IMG/VR virus record: IMGVR_UViG_3300026488_000246
Location: 83,463-147,462 of that record
Length of the DNA stretch: 64,000 bases
From: a virus
Lineage: Duplodnaviria; Heunggongvirae; Uroviricota; Caudoviricetes
Direction: 5' to 3' (one strand)
The translations under genes and the position numbers were made by a program. The notes under the pieces were generated by a model. The model did not search any database. It was not told the origin of the DNA and saw only the letters and a program-made list of their open reading frames with translations. Numbering within the stretch: position 1 is the first letter of the stretch; each line of letters starts with the position of its first letter. Of this stretch, positions 19,335-30,087 are shown piece by piece.

Positions 19335-19763
19335 CTATTCGGATTGCTCTGATTCCTTGGATTCTACACCATAGATTTCTTTGAATAGCTGACCAACTTT
19401 GTTTTGTCTTTCCATTATCCTGTCAATCAACTCTTTACCACCACTTACAGCAAATTCAACATCAGCTCTGGTTTGAATGGAATGATATTTTTGAAAAGCA
19501 TATTCAATCATAGCTCTATCTTCGGCAGGAATCCTGTTTTTAGTATTGGCTGGAAGAGCTTCATAAATTCTAGAAAGCAAAGCAAATATCAATGAAATTG
19601 CTTTAGCATTATCAGCTACACTATCATGAATATCGAAAACTTCATTGTTAACTCTATATCTCATTTTACCTTTCTTAGTTAAAGGTAGTTGATCTGGCTC
19701 TTCTACTACTAGTTTCTTGAATAAACCTGGTTTTACTTGTTTTTTCTTAATTTTGAGTTTCAT
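19335..19763 (-). CDS. hypothetical protein
   Basis: ATG at 19763 with RBS AAGGAGG. A hairpin at 19797-19817 separates it from the fibre gene. Confidence 0.6.
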   Translation of the reverse strand: MKLKIKKKQVKPGLFKKLVVEEPDQLPLTKKGKMRYRVNNEVFDIHDSVADNAKAISLIFALLSRIYEALPANTKNRIPAEDRAMIEYAFQKYHSIQTRADVEFAVSGGKELIDRIMERQNKVGQLFKEIYGVESKESEQSE

Positions 19764-19826
19764 TATGATCCTCCTTAGTTTGCAGGATAGAAAAAGGATG
19801 GTGGGAAGAACCCACCAAAACAAAAG

Positions 19827-22800
19827 TTACTCAGTCCATAAGTCAACTTGAAATCTATCAACATAAACGTCTTTATCACCATTAATAACTAGTCTTAGAT
19901 ACCTAGCATTCTTAGATATATCTTTATAAGTCATAGTTACCCAATCTGAGTTGTAAGTGTAAGTTTGGGATTCAATTGGTTTAGTATTCTTAGGTATTAC
20001 GACCTTTGTTATTGAAGTAAGTTCTTCTTTTGTTATGATTTTGACTTCTCCAATACCTCTTCTATCGTAGTAGTAATCTACTTCATTAGGTGTAAATGAA
20101 ACTGGTTGTGGAGACCAACTTTGTGTGGTGGGTGTCCATGATTGTGTAGCAGGTGACCAACTCTGTGTAGTAGGTGCCCATGATGGTTCATTAAATGTAA
20201 ATGTATAAGAACCTACTGTTACTGAATTAGGATGATCTAAATCATTATTAAATTTAGCTATGTAGAAATTCCGATGGCTATTATGAATATCATAAACATA
20301 ACCACATACGAATATATTACCATTGGAATCAGTTGTTACACCTTGAAAAATTTCATCATTTGTACTATCAATAGTAATCTGTTTAATTAGGTTTAAATCG
20401 TTGTCAAATTTAGCTATATAGGAATCGTCATTAGAACCATTATAAGTGCGCCCGCATACGAATACATTGTTATTGGAATCTGTTGTTATTCTGTAAAGAT
20501 TATCATTTCTACTACTTTCAATAGTTATTTGCTTAATAAGATTCAAATCATTATCAAATTTTGCAACATAGAAATTATAATCTGAGGAATTGCTATAACT
20601 ATGTCCACATACAAATACATTATCATAAGAATCTGTAATTATTCCATGACAAATATCTGAATTGCCGCTATTAATTGTTATCTGTTTAATGAGATTTAAA
20701 TTGTTATCAAATTTTGCAATATAGAAATTCAAAACAGAACCATTATAAGTATCGCCACATACAAATATATTACCATTAGAATCTACAGTAATATCATAAA
20801 GATGATCAACATAACCACTATTAATAGTTATTTGTTTAATTAGGTTTAAGTCATTATCAAATTTAGCTATGTAGAAATCTTCATTAAAACCGCATACAAA
20901 TATATTACCATTGGAATCTGTAGTTATTCCATGAAATTCATCACCTTTACCACTGTCTACAACAATATGTTTAACAAGATTTAAACTGTTATCAAATTTT
21001 GTAATGTAAAATTCCAAGCGAGAATCATTATCAGCATCAACTTGCCCGCATACAAATACATTATCATTGGAGTCTACAACTATATCTAAGAACCTACTAT
21101 AAGACTTATCAATGATTATTTGCTTAGTAATGTTGAAATGATTGTCAAATTTTGCTATATATGCTTTATTATCTAAGTTCCCACATACAAATACATTATT
21201 GTTAGAATCTGTTACTATTCCGTAAAGCTGACCTTGCTTACTATCATTCCCAACCACAAAAGTTCCTAGTTCCTTCACAACTTCAACTTTTGATACTTCC
21301 TTATCTTCATCATTAACCTTTATAACATCTCCAGATCTTACTAAATCCTTATCTAGTTCTTTAACGACTACATAATTGTTTCCAGTTTTGATTATCTGAG
21401 AAGTAACATCTAAATCTTTCCAAGTACATCTCTCATAAACATCTTCAAATGCAAATTCTACTCTTATGCTATTTTCTTTGTATATATCTGATGGTGGATT
21501 TTTGAGATTAAGAGAAGATATATCAACTTTATAGACATTTTCCTTAACTGTGTAAGAACCTTTATCCCAAGTATAAGATACTTCTGTTGGAGCCCAAGAT
21601 TGAGTAGTAGGAGACCAACTTTGAGTTGTTGGTGCCCATGATTGTGTAGTAGGTAACCAAATTTGATCAGTTGTAGTCAAATCCGGTTCAGTAAATAAAA
21701 ATGAATAAGACCCAACTGTTATTGAACTTGGATGATCAAGGTTATTGTTAAATTTAGCTACAAAGAAATCATAATTAGAACTGTCTCCTATATATCCACA
21801 TACAAATATATCACCAGTAGAGTCTATAACTATATCTCTTGGTATATCATGTTTTCCACTATTTATTTGAATCTGCCTGATTAAATTCAAATTGCTATCA
21901 AATTTAGCTATGTAAAAGTCTTTATTAGAACCATTATCAATACTACCGCATGCAAAAATATTTCCTTCAGAATCAATTGTTAATCCGAGTAATTCACCTC
22001 CCATATTTTCAATGGTGGCTTGTTTAATCAAGTTCAAATCATTATCAAATTTAGCTACATAAAGTCCTCTATCATGATCATTATGAGTATGACCGCATAC
22101 AAATACATTACCATTGGAATCTGTAACTATACCAACGAGTATAGCATAAACTCTAGCGTCAATAGTTATTTGCTTAATAAGATTCAAATCATTATCAAAC
22201 TTACCTATGTAGAAATCTTGATCAGAACCATTATAAGTATATCCACATACGAATACATTTCCGTTAAAATCAATAGTTATATTGTAAAGCCAATCATTAG
22301 TGTTGTTTATAGTTATTTGCTTAATAAGATTCAAATCATTATCAAACTTACCTATGTAGAAACTGTTATTGGTATGACCACATACAAATACATTATTATT
22401 GGAATCTATTGTTATTCCAAGAAATTCTTCACTGTTACCGCCATCTACAATAACTTGTTTAACTAAATTCAAATTGTTATCGAATTTAGCTACATAGAAA
22501 TCTTCTTTAGAACCATTACGAGTATATCCACATACAAATATGTTTCCATTAGAATCCGTTGTTATTCCTTGAAGATAATCAATGTAACCGCTATCAATAG
22601 TAACTTGTTTAACCAGATTTAAGTCATTATCAAGTTTAGCTATGTAAAAATCCTGGTTGGGACCATTATTAATACAACCACATACAAATATATTACCATT
22701 GGAATCAGTTGTTATTCCATAGAGATAATCATCTTTACCGCTGTCACCAACAGCCATATAATACTCAACATTTTCAGTAGTTTCTTCAATCTTATTTACA

Positions 22801-23018
22801 ATTAATGGCTTTATATCTGAACCTTCTCTTACTAATATCTTTTGGCCAACTTCAAGCTTATCATTTTTATAGGTGAAATAATCAGTAGTTGCTTCTGTAA
22901 TTTTAACTTTAAGAGGTTTACAAGTAAGATTAACTCTTGCTCTTTTCCAATCTGGTTCGTTTGATTCTTGTTTGAAAACTTTAGAAACCCATTTTGCATT
23001 ATCTTTTAATGCTTTCAT
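19827..23018 (-). CDS. large fibre-like structural protein with duplicated beta-propeller arrays and PTTQSW hexapeptide repeats
   Basis: 1063 aa. Two blocks of about 8 NGN(I/V)FVCG repeats. Each block is followed by (A/S)PTTQSW x3-4. C-terminus YVDRFQVDLWTE is shared with 23074. Confidence 0.7.
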   Translation of the reverse strand: MKALKDNAKWVSKVFKQESNEPDWKRARVNLTCKPLKVKITEATTDYFTYKNDKLEVGQKILVREGSDIKPLIVNKIEETTENVEYYMAVGDSGKDDYLYGITTDSNGNIFVCGCINNGPNQDFYIAKLDNDLNLVKQVTIDSGYIDYLQGITTDSNGNIFVCGYTRNGSKEDFYVAKFDNNLNLVKQVIVDGGNSEEFLGITIDSNNNVFVCGHTNNSFYIGKFDNDLNLIKQITINNTNDWLYNITIDFNGNVFVCGYTYNGSDQDFYIGKFDNDLNLIKQITIDARVYAILVGIVTDSNGNVFVCGHTHNDHDRGLYVAKFDNDLNLIKQATIENMGGELLGLTIDSEGNIFACGSIDNGSNKDFYIAKFDSNLNLIRQIQINSGKHDIPRDIVIDSTGDIFVCGYIGDSSNYDFFVAKFNNNLDHPSSITVGSYSFLFTEPDLTTTDQIWLPTTQSWAPTTQSWSPTTQSWAPTEVSYTWDKGSYTVKENVYKVDISSLNLKNPPSDIYKENSIRVEFAFEDVYERCTWKDLDVTSQIIKTGNNYVVVKELDKDLVRSGDVIKVNDEDKEVSKVEVVKELGTFVVGNDSKQGQLYGIVTDSNNNVFVCGNLDNKAYIAKFDNHFNITKQIIIDKSYSRFLDIVVDSNDNVFVCGQVDADNDSRLEFYITKFDNSLNLVKHIVVDSGKGDEFHGITTDSNGNIFVCGFNEDFYIAKFDNDLNLIKQITINSGYVDHLYDITVDSNGNIFVCGDTYNGSVLNFYIAKFDNNLNLIKQITINSGNSDICHGIITDSYDNVFVCGHSYSNSSDYNFYVAKFDNDLNLIKQITIESSRNDNLYRITTDSNNNVFVCGRTYNGSNDDSYIAKFDNDLNLIKQITIDSTNDEIFQGVTTDSNGNIFVCGYVYDIHNSHRNFYIAKFNNDLDHPNSVTVGSYTFTFNEPSWAPTTQSWSPATQSWTPTTQSWSPQPVSFTPNEVDYYYDRRGIGEVKIITKEELTSITKVVIPKNTKPIESQTYTYNSDWVTMTYKDISKNARYLRLVINGDKDVYVDRFQVDLWTE

Positions 23019-23073
23019 AAACTTCTACCTCTCTCTTGAAATTAATTGTTGAATTGAATGGGCTGGGGGTAGG

Positions 23074-23586
23074 TTACTCCCCAGCCCATAAATCAACTTT
23101 GAAATCGTTTACATATGTATCTTCAATACCTTCAAGTTTGACTCTCATCGCTCTACCTTTCTTATTAACAGCTTGGTATCTTGATTTAATAACATCTTGG
23201 TCTGACAAGTAGGTTCTATATTGTAGAGTTTGAAGTCTGGTTCTTTGAGGAATGATAACTGAAGTTATTGCTGAAGATTGTTCAGGAACTGTGATTTGGT
23301 AAACAATAGATAAAGAGTATTGAAAGATTTTTCTAGCATGATCATCTACTATATACATTTTGATACCGTTTGAATGGAAGAAGATACCTCTTGGATAGAT
23401 ACTCAGTACACCAACATAAAATTCAGATACAAAAGACGCTGTTGTTATATCCCATGGAGTGGAAAGACTATATTGATAAATACTATCACTATCAAAACCT
23501 ACTACATACATTTTGGTACCATCTGGATGAAAGAAGATATCTGATGGGGCGATTATCTTGACCACTAACACTGTAACTAGATACAA
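23074..23586 (-). CDS. C-terminal part of the same fibre protein, reached by a frameshift in a G4 run
   Basis: No real start codon. Carries the same FFHPDGTKMYVV...YQYSLSTPWDITT repeats. C-terminus YVNDFKVDLWAGE matches the 19827 C-terminus. Confidence 0.5.
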   Translation of the reverse strand: MYLVTVLVVKIIAPSDIFFHPDGTKMYVVGFDSDSIYQYSLSTPWDITTASFVSEFYVGVLSIYPRGIFFHSNGIKMYIVDDHARKIFQYSLSIVYQITVPEQSSAITSVIIPQRTRLQTLQYRTYLSDQDVIKSRYQAVNKKGRAMRVKLEGIEDTYVNDFKVDLWAGE

Positions 23587-26500
23587 AAGACACTGTAGTT
23601 ATATCCCATGGTGTTGATAGGTTATATTGATAAACTTTAGCATATTGTTCACCTACTATATACACTTTAGTGCCATCTGGATGAAAGAAGAGGTTTGATA
23701 CTGTTGAATCTTGATCAGCAATATAAGAATCAGATTCAAAAGTTGCAGTAGAAACATCCCAAGGTGCAGATAATCTATATTGATAAATTTTAGTATAACT
23801 CACTACATACATCTTAGAACCATCAGGATGAAAAAAGATACCTTGTGGATTTGAATCTTGATCACCAACATAGTAATAAGTTATGTGGGATGCAGTAGTT
23901 AAATCCCACGGTGTTGAAAGGTTGTATTGATGGACTTTTTTATACTGTTCATCTAGTACATATAGTTTAGTTCCATCTGAATGAAAAAAGATACTTATTG
24001 GTGCTCCATTTTGATCGCCAATGTAATAATCAGATTCATAAGATGACGTAGTTATATCCCAACTACCACTTGTTGTAACATTACTCACATTCACATTTTT
24101 TCCATTCACCACTAATTCATCATTGTTTTTTACTAACTCTTTTCTACTATCAACAAATTCAAAACTGTTAGTTGTAGCATTCTGTATTTTATCGCTTATA
24201 TCTTCATCAAAGTATAGACATCTATCTGGATTTGACTCCATTGCTACATAAACTTTAGTAGGCTTTTTCCATGCTTTCTTAGGTGGAGTTGTAAGACTGA
24301 AGGAGGAAATGTCTGCCTCCCTGAAGATTATTTTAGTTATCCGTTTGTCACACCCAGTATAGTTTAATGAGGGATGCGTTGAATAAATAGAGGTTTCAAC
24401 TAAATCGAGGTTTACCGAAACTTGAGAATAGCTACTATAATTGCTAAAATCCGAACCAGAAGCATGTAATGAAATCGTTTCAGACTTACATGTAAAGCGT
24501 ATATCAGAACCGAAATCACCACATGATTCGTTGGAGCAAATATCCTGCCCTATATCTTCATAAGATAATCTAATTAAAGGAATTGCACTTTTGTGTGATT
24601 CAGTATCATATTCAAACTTTCCTGTAATTAGAAAGTAATCTTTGGAACCTAAATTCTCGTAATGGATATCAAATAATGTAGGATTATCTACATTAGTCGT
24701 GATACGTAAAGCTTTCACAAAGTTTAAGTTAGATGAATCTAATACAGCCAAAAGGTTATCAGAAAGCACTACAATTTTATCTCTATAGGATAACAACTTG
24801 CCACAAACACCACTTTCACCTGCTCCATCCGAACTGATAACTTTTCTAACACCATCACTATTACGATATGATACATAAATCGTGTCGTTAATTGTAGTTA
24901 CATATGGTTGAGAATTCATTGAAGCTACTTGTGAATCAGTAATGTTCAATGAATTCTTTTCGATAGAAAAGTATCCTCCTCTACTATCATAACTATGAAT
25001 TAAAGCAATAACTAAGTGGGATGAAGTTGCAGTAACATCTACAACATCAGTAGATGAAAAAGGACTTCTAAACACTCTATAATCTTGTATAGAAAAATCT
25101 AATGATGAGACTTTTACAACACCAAAACCATTATCGTCTGCATCATGCCATGAAAATACCCAATAAATAAAAGGATTTTCATAATAAAGTCTTGATGCGC
25201 CGATAGTCTTAGCAGGTGTTGAGCTCAAATACCTCACTGTTTCTATATTCAAATTTTGATCTAAAACAACAAGAAATTTGTTATCAACTAGCGAAACTAG
25301 TTTTCCATTACAAATCAATAAATCTTCTGAACCTGCATGATCGGCCAAGTATAAAACATCTAGTGGTTGTAAACTGAATCTATCATATTTAATAAGTAGA
25401 TGCCTACTAGCACCTTGACCTATAGTGAAAATATAACTATCATTATAGTCTATATGTATCCCTAGATGATCATCACTATTAAAAAGTGCAAACTTAATTC
25501 CTAATTCAGTAAAGTTTTTCACAGAACCAGTAACATCTCCAATCTCTCCTTCCTTAACTCCATCTACACTGTTATACAGTATAACTTTTTCACCAGTCAC
25601 AATTTCATCTACAGTTTTTAAGGTATTCTTATCAGAGCCAGATAAAATCTTGATTTCTTTTGGTTTTTCAGTAACAGTTACTTGATATTGATACCAATCA
25701 TTATCAGTTTCTTCTTGTTCAAATACTTTAGACACCCAAATAGCAGGAGATTGCTTTTTGAATGCTTTAGAAGGAGTAGATGTTAAGGAGAAAGAGGAGA
25801 TGTCGATAGAGTTATATTGCATATAGTATTGAGCTATCTTCCCCTGTGATGTAATAAATAAGAATTTTCCATTAGGTTCAATAAAAACATCACTACCGCC
25901 TGAATCTAGAGTAAAACATCCATTATAACCAGCAGTTGTTATATCCCAAGGAGTAGAAAGGTTGTATTGACAAATCTTACCATTACCTAACATATCTACA
26001 ACAAACATTTTAGTTCCGTCTGGATTGAAAAAGATCCCATGGGGGGCATTTGAATGTGAGGAGATATCAAGTGTTGCTTCCTGCGAAACATTTGAAATAT
26101 CCCAAGGTGTAGAAAGGGAATATTGGTATACATTATCAGTTGCATTACCTAGAAAATATAATTTTGTTCCATCTGATGAGAAAACAAAATCTGTTATGCC
26201 AAAGCTTCCAGCCCCTCCAGCATCTATGGTCTTAGCACCATCAGACTTAACACTTGAAATATCCCATGGATTATCAAGAATGTATTGATAAATTCTATCA
26301 CTATAGTTACCAATAAACACTTTACGCCCGTCGGATGAGAAGTACAAGCCATAAGGCGTAGGGTTATCTGGGGTTGCTGATTTAATATCAAAATAGATAT
26401 TATCGTAATCTACGGAGCTGATGTTCCATGGCTTCGTTAATGAATATTGTTTAAGGAGTCTGTTTGAATATTCTAAAGAAAATAGCTTTTTTCCATTAGG

Positions 26501-26740
26501 AGAAAAGAATATGCTTATCATCTTATTGGCAAGATCAACATTAGCATAAAGCTTTAAGTTACTAACATCCCATACTGAACCTTGCTGAGTAACACTTCCA
26601 ACATTATTCCTTATGTAACTACTACCATCAAATAATACTAATTCTTCATTCTCCTTTATCTTAACTGGTGTAAGCAATGTATTTTTGTTAGAACCTGGAA
26701 GAATCGGTATTTCTTTCCAACCACCTTTAAGGGATTTCAT
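23492..26740 (-). CDS. beta-propeller (YQYxLSTPWDI / FFHPDGTKMYVV repeat) fibre protein, N-terminal part
   Basis: 1082 aa. RBS AGGAGG. Repeat frame continues into 23074..23586 after a 1-nt shift. Confidence 0.65.
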   Translation of the reverse strand: MKSLKGGWKEIPILPGSNKNTLLTPVKIKENEELVLFDGSSYIRNNVGSVTQQGSVWDVSNLKLYANVDLANKMISIFFSPNGKKLFSLEYSNRLLKQYSLTKPWNISSVDYDNIYFDIKSATPDNPTPYGLYFSSDGRKVFIGNYSDRIYQYILDNPWDISSVKSDGAKTIDAGGAGSFGITDFVFSSDGTKLYFLGNATDNVYQYSLSTPWDISNVSQEATLDISSHSNAPHGIFFNPDGTKMFVVDMLGNGKICQYNLSTPWDITTAGYNGCFTLDSGGSDVFIEPNGKFLFITSQGKIAQYYMQYNSIDISSFSLTSTPSKAFKKQSPAIWVSKVFEQEETDNDWYQYQVTVTEKPKEIKILSGSDKNTLKTVDEIVTGEKVILYNSVDGVKEGEIGDVTGSVKNFTELGIKFALFNSDDHLGIHIDYNDSYIFTIGQGASRHLLIKYDRFSLQPLDVLYLADHAGSEDLLICNGKLVSLVDNKFLVVLDQNLNIETVRYLSSTPAKTIGASRLYYENPFIYWVFSWHDADDNGFGVVKVSSLDFSIQDYRVFRSPFSSTDVVDVTATSSHLVIALIHSYDSRGGYFSIEKNSLNITDSQVASMNSQPYVTTINDTIYVSYRNSDGVRKVISSDGAGESGVCGKLLSYRDKIVVLSDNLLAVLDSSNLNFVKALRITTNVDNPTLFDIHYENLGSKDYFLITGKFEYDTESHKSAIPLIRLSYEDIGQDICSNESCGDFGSDIRFTCKSETISLHASGSDFSNYSSYSQVSVNLDLVETSIYSTHPSLNYTGCDKRITKIIFREADISSFSLTTPPKKAWKKPTKVYVAMESNPDRCLYFDEDISDKIQNATTNSFEFVDSRKELVKNNDELVVNGKNVNVSNVTTSGSWDITTSSYESDYYIGDQNGAPISIFFHSDGTKLYVLDEQYKKVHQYNLSTPWDLTTASHITYYYVGDQDSNPQGIFFHPDGSKMYVVSYTKIYQYRLSAPWDVSTATFESDSYIADQDSTVSNLFFHPDGTKVYIVGEQYAKVYQYNLSTPWDITTVSFVSSYSVSGQDNRPIRYLLSSRWYQNVCSRF

Positions 26741-26761
26741 ATATTAAGCCTCCTATTACAA

Positions 26762-28498
26762 TTATGCATCTAAATCCCAACCATCATTATATTCGGTATT
26801 ATCTTTAAAGTTAGATACACTTACAGCTGAATCAGATACGAGTGATACATCTTTGATAGTAAGTTGTTTAGAAGATTTATCAGTAACAATTTTGCTATCT
26901 GAATTTCTGGTTACCCATAAGGTGATTGTAGCTTTTGTATCTTTGTCAACTTCTGGTAAATTCCAACTGAAATGCATTCCTGTTATTGTGAGTGTTCCAT
27001 GAGTAACTGTTCCTTTTAAGGTATACTTAGTTATATCAAATGCTCTACCACCATCATGAGTGACATCACCTTCTACTGTAGAAAGCTCATTCTCTTGTGA
27101 TGGAATCGTATACTCGATTTGATATTTATCTGTATTGTATTCAAGCACATTAGACCAATTTGAAGAATGACCTTGATCTCCATTATACTTTGCTCTCACA
27201 TAATAAGTTGAATCAACATCAAGTATATCATTGTTAATTGTTAACGTATCTTGTTTTGATGGATCAGTTTCAGTATAGTCAAGCACTAGGTTGTTGAATT
27301 TTGGATCGGTGGCTATTTGCCAATCTGTACTCTTCCAGTTATCAGAATAACCATGAGCTTTAAATGGTGTAAGTTTAAATGTTGGATACAATGTACCAGT
27401 ATCAGATGTAGATAACGTAGGTGTTTCTATGTAAGCACTAGCTGTTGTAAACTTAACAGAATTAGACCATTCAGAATTATGGTTATCAGATTTGTATCTT
27501 ACTCTCACATAGTAAGTAGTATCTGGATCAAGATGTTGTGGTTGATAAGATGTCAAATTCGTTTTATCATCGTAAGAAGATTCTACAATGTTTTTGAATT
27601 CAGAATCAGAAGCTATTTCCCAGTCAGAGGCTTCATGTTCTCCATAGAAAAGATCTGTAGGTTTATATGCTGAAGATTTGATTGTGCCTGAAAAATCTGT
27701 TTCACCATCTTTTGGTTGCACTATTGATGGTGTTTCAATTAGTATTGCTGAACCTCTGGATGAAGTGAATGTACCAAGTAGAAGGTAGCCATCATTCAAT
27801 AATAGCCCTACAACCACAGAAGTTTTTGAAGTTGTAAGTTTACCGGATTCTGATAGGTATACGTAGGAACCTGGATCTGCTGTTAAGTTTGTTTTTACGA
27901 TGCCTGAAGTAATAATACGCTTATGTTTTAAATCTGCAAGACCTACAATTCTATCTTTATCTTTGCTAGTAGCTGGATATGCTTTACCTGATTTATCAAG
28001 ATAGACAATCATACCATCTTCTACAGATTCGTCGAAATTGTCAAAATTGAAGTATGTTTGTGCGTGTGTTGCAAAAGAAATATCATCAACTACATCTATA
28101 CTTCCATCAGGTTTTACAGAACCTAGAAACAGAGCATCTTCAATGGATTCTGTTGAAATTATAATCTTTGCTGGATCTACAGTTTTTGATTGTTTCCATT
28201 CATACTTTAGATATACGTAGTTTGTCTTACTTGTATCTGCTAAGGAAGTTTCTTGATAACTTGTTAAATCATCAAGTTTTCCAACTAGGATAAATGTATG
28301 ATCTACTATTGCAACGAATGGATATATTCTGAGTTTATCGCCTACCTTCTCAAATGGTGGTTTTCTTAACCAAGATAGGACACAATTATTAGCTTCGTCA
28401 AATCCTGTTGATATAATTCTAATTCCTGTTGCATATATAGTTTGAAATGGTTCAGCAGTTCTAATTTGTTGTCCTGGTACAAATGCAACATTGCTCAT
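26762..28498 (-). CDS. structural protein with two fibronectin type III-like domains
   Basis: TYYVRVRYKSD..SEWSNSVKFTT and STYYVRAKYNGD...SNWSNVLEYNT. Confidence 0.55.
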   Translation of the reverse strand: MSNVAFVPGQQIRTAEPFQTIYATGIRIISTGFDEANNCVLSWLRKPPFEKVGDKLRIYPFVAIVDHTFILVGKLDDLTSYQETSLADTSKTNYVYLKYEWKQSKTVDPAKIIISTESIEDALFLGSVKPDGSIDVVDDISFATHAQTYFNFDNFDESVEDGMIVYLDKSGKAYPATSKDKDRIVGLADLKHKRIITSGIVKTNLTADPGSYVYLSESGKLTTSKTSVVVGLLLNDGYLLLGTFTSSRGSAILIETPSIVQPKDGETDFSGTIKSSAYKPTDLFYGEHEASDWEIASDSEFKNIVESSYDDKTNLTSYQPQHLDPDTTYYVRVRYKSDNHNSEWSNSVKFTTASAYIETPTLSTSDTGTLYPTFKLTPFKAHGYSDNWKSTDWQIATDPKFNNLVLDYTETDPSKQDTLTINNDILDVDSTYYVRAKYNGDQGHSSNWSNVLEYNTDKYQIEYTIPSQENELSTVEGDVTHDGGRAFDITKYTLKGTVTHGTLTITGMHFSWNLPEVDKDTKATITLWVTRNSDSKIVTDKSSKQLTIKDVSLVSDSAVSVSNFKDNTEYNDGWDLDA

Positions 28499-28550
28499 TA
28501 TACACTACCTCTTATTGTTTTTTCGTAATCATAAGTCAAAAAGTAGTTAA

Positions 28551-28585
28551 GCCTAAAGGGCCACCATAATCTTGACCCTTTAGGC
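28551..28585 (-). terminator. hairpin
   Basis: GCCTAAAGGG ... CCCTTTAGGC. Confidence 0.4.
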
Positions 28586-28631
28586 TCCATGCGTGCACTC
28601 GTTCTATAGAATAGTTCTAAAACAATGATTG

Positions 28632-28934
28632 TTATTCTTCCTCTCTTATTTCACGACCAATCTTTTTAGCACAATCAAGTTTGTTAAAGAGTTCTGCAGC
28701 TTTTTCAGCTATGTCATCATAATGCCATTCTCTTGCCCTCAGATAAGCAGCGAAAAGAAGGGAACAATCATATTCACAGTTAGGATTCATAATAGGAAAT
28801 TTAAGCTCATTTGGCATAAGAAAAGCTTTTTCACCACATTTCTCAAAGAGTTTTTCTCTGTTAGATTTTCTTGATATAAACTTTCTAAGTTTTGCTGGTA
28901 TGATTGCTTCAAGAATACCTTTGAGTGTTGTCAT
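28632..28934 (-). CDS. hypothetical protein
   Basis: RBS GAGGAG. Confidence 0.55.
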   Translation of the reverse strand: MTTLKGILEAIIPAKLRKFISRKSNREKLFEKCGEKAFLMPNELKFPIMNPNCEYDCSLLFAAYLRAREWHYDDIAEKAAELFNKLDCAKKIGREIREEE

Positions 28935-28982
28935 CTGGTTATCTCCTCATAGTATTATTGGTTAGCTCTATCATAAGTTCAT

Positions 28983-29513
28983 TTAAGTTTCAAACTCTGT
29001 TAAACCAAATAGATAAGCATCAGTTACTCTATTCATCCAACCAAAGTAGAATTTTCTAAGAATTCTACGCTTTTGCACCAATCTTGTGTAGTAAAGTGTA
29101 GCTTGATTGTTATAAGCTTCATAAACTAAATCTCTATTTGAATTCTCTAAAGATTCTAATGTTTTCTGTCCAATAAGACCATCAACTACAACATCAAAAC
29201 CTGATCTTCTTAGAGCCTTTTGTAGAAACTTACCAGCTCTTGATATGCCTGTATTAACACAATAATTGAAATGTAGGAATGCTAATCTTTGACTTAAAGC
29301 TTCAATCTTATCACATTTTCCTCTTAACCAATAATCTTTCCAGTAGATCTCTTTAGCTTGCTCAATAGTAAGATTTTTGATATCAAGATCTGGATATTGC
29401 CTTTTGCTTATACCATACTTTGTTTCACCACCAGGATCATCTGGATCATTAACATATCCACCTTCCCATTTCAGTATAAACATAAAAGCTTTTTCAAATG
29501 CTAAGCTGTACAT
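28983..29513 (-). CDS. endolysin, glycoside hydrolase family 108 (lysozyme-like, with peptidoglycan-binding domain)
   Basis: Signature WEGGYVNDPDDPGGETKYGI. Confidence 0.7.
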   Translation of the reverse strand: MYSLAFEKAFMFILKWEGGYVNDPDDPGGETKYGISKRQYPDLDIKNLTIEQAKEIYWKDYWLRGKCDKIEALSQRLAFLHFNYCVNTGISRAGKFLQKALRRSGFDVVVDGLIGQKTLESLENSNRDLVYEAYNNQATLYYTRLVQKRRILRKFYFGWMNRVTDAYLFGLTEFET

Positions 29514-29623
29514 CGTAGCCAATCTCCATTAAACAAATCTGGTTTCTGAATGTTGTTCCATTTATATACTATTGAAACCTGAATGTTTTATTTTGTTTGA
29601 AAAGAAAATGAAGGAGGTGCAAC

Positions 29624-30049
29624 ATGAGACTAATAGACTACAGAAAGGTTATGACTTACCTGCTATTCAATAATAACCCAAAATTGGAGGCAAAACTTCC
29701 ACGTATATTAAAGAATCTTAACAAGTTTGCTGTTTCTGTAAGACTTGGTGACAAAAAATCTGATCGATATAAGCTAAATGTGTATCTTACGCAACATAAA
29801 CATCAACCAAGAGTTAAGGTGATCTATAGAAACATCAATGTTTGTTCCGTTTGGTATGACAGTGGTGTTAAGTATGTTGGAAATTTTGAATCGTTACCAA
29901 AGAAACTTCGATCATATCTGGTTTGCTTTCTAACTTATTGTTGGAATGAATTCATTAAGAGAGTAAATAATTCACCAGAAACAGTTTATGACTTGCTAAT
30001 TGCAACAATGGAAAACTTTAGAAAACGAGGTTGCAAACAAATCTGTTGA
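29624..30049 (+). CDS. hypothetical protein
   Basis: RBS AGGAGGTG. Confidence 0.55.
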   Translation: MRLIDYRKVMTYLLFNNNPKLEAKLPRILKNLNKFAVSVRLGDKKSDRYKLNVYLTQHKHQPRVKVIYRNINVCSVWYDSGVKYVGNFESLPKKLRSYLVCFLTYCWNEFIKRVNNSPETVYDLLIATMENFRKRGCKQIC

Positions 30050-30087
30050 AAAATGAAAACATTCCATTCAAAGGGAGGGTACTGTCA

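Noticed and set aside
22020-22466. 148-aa + strand ORF with IIIKLTYVE-type low-complexity repeats
   Set aside because: It is the antisense of the beta-propeller repeat region of the 19827..23018 gene. The periodic sequence mirrors those repeats.
28629-28874. 81-aa + strand ORF
   Set aside because: It is the antisense of the minus-strand gene 28632..28934. The region is a consistent minus-strand operon.
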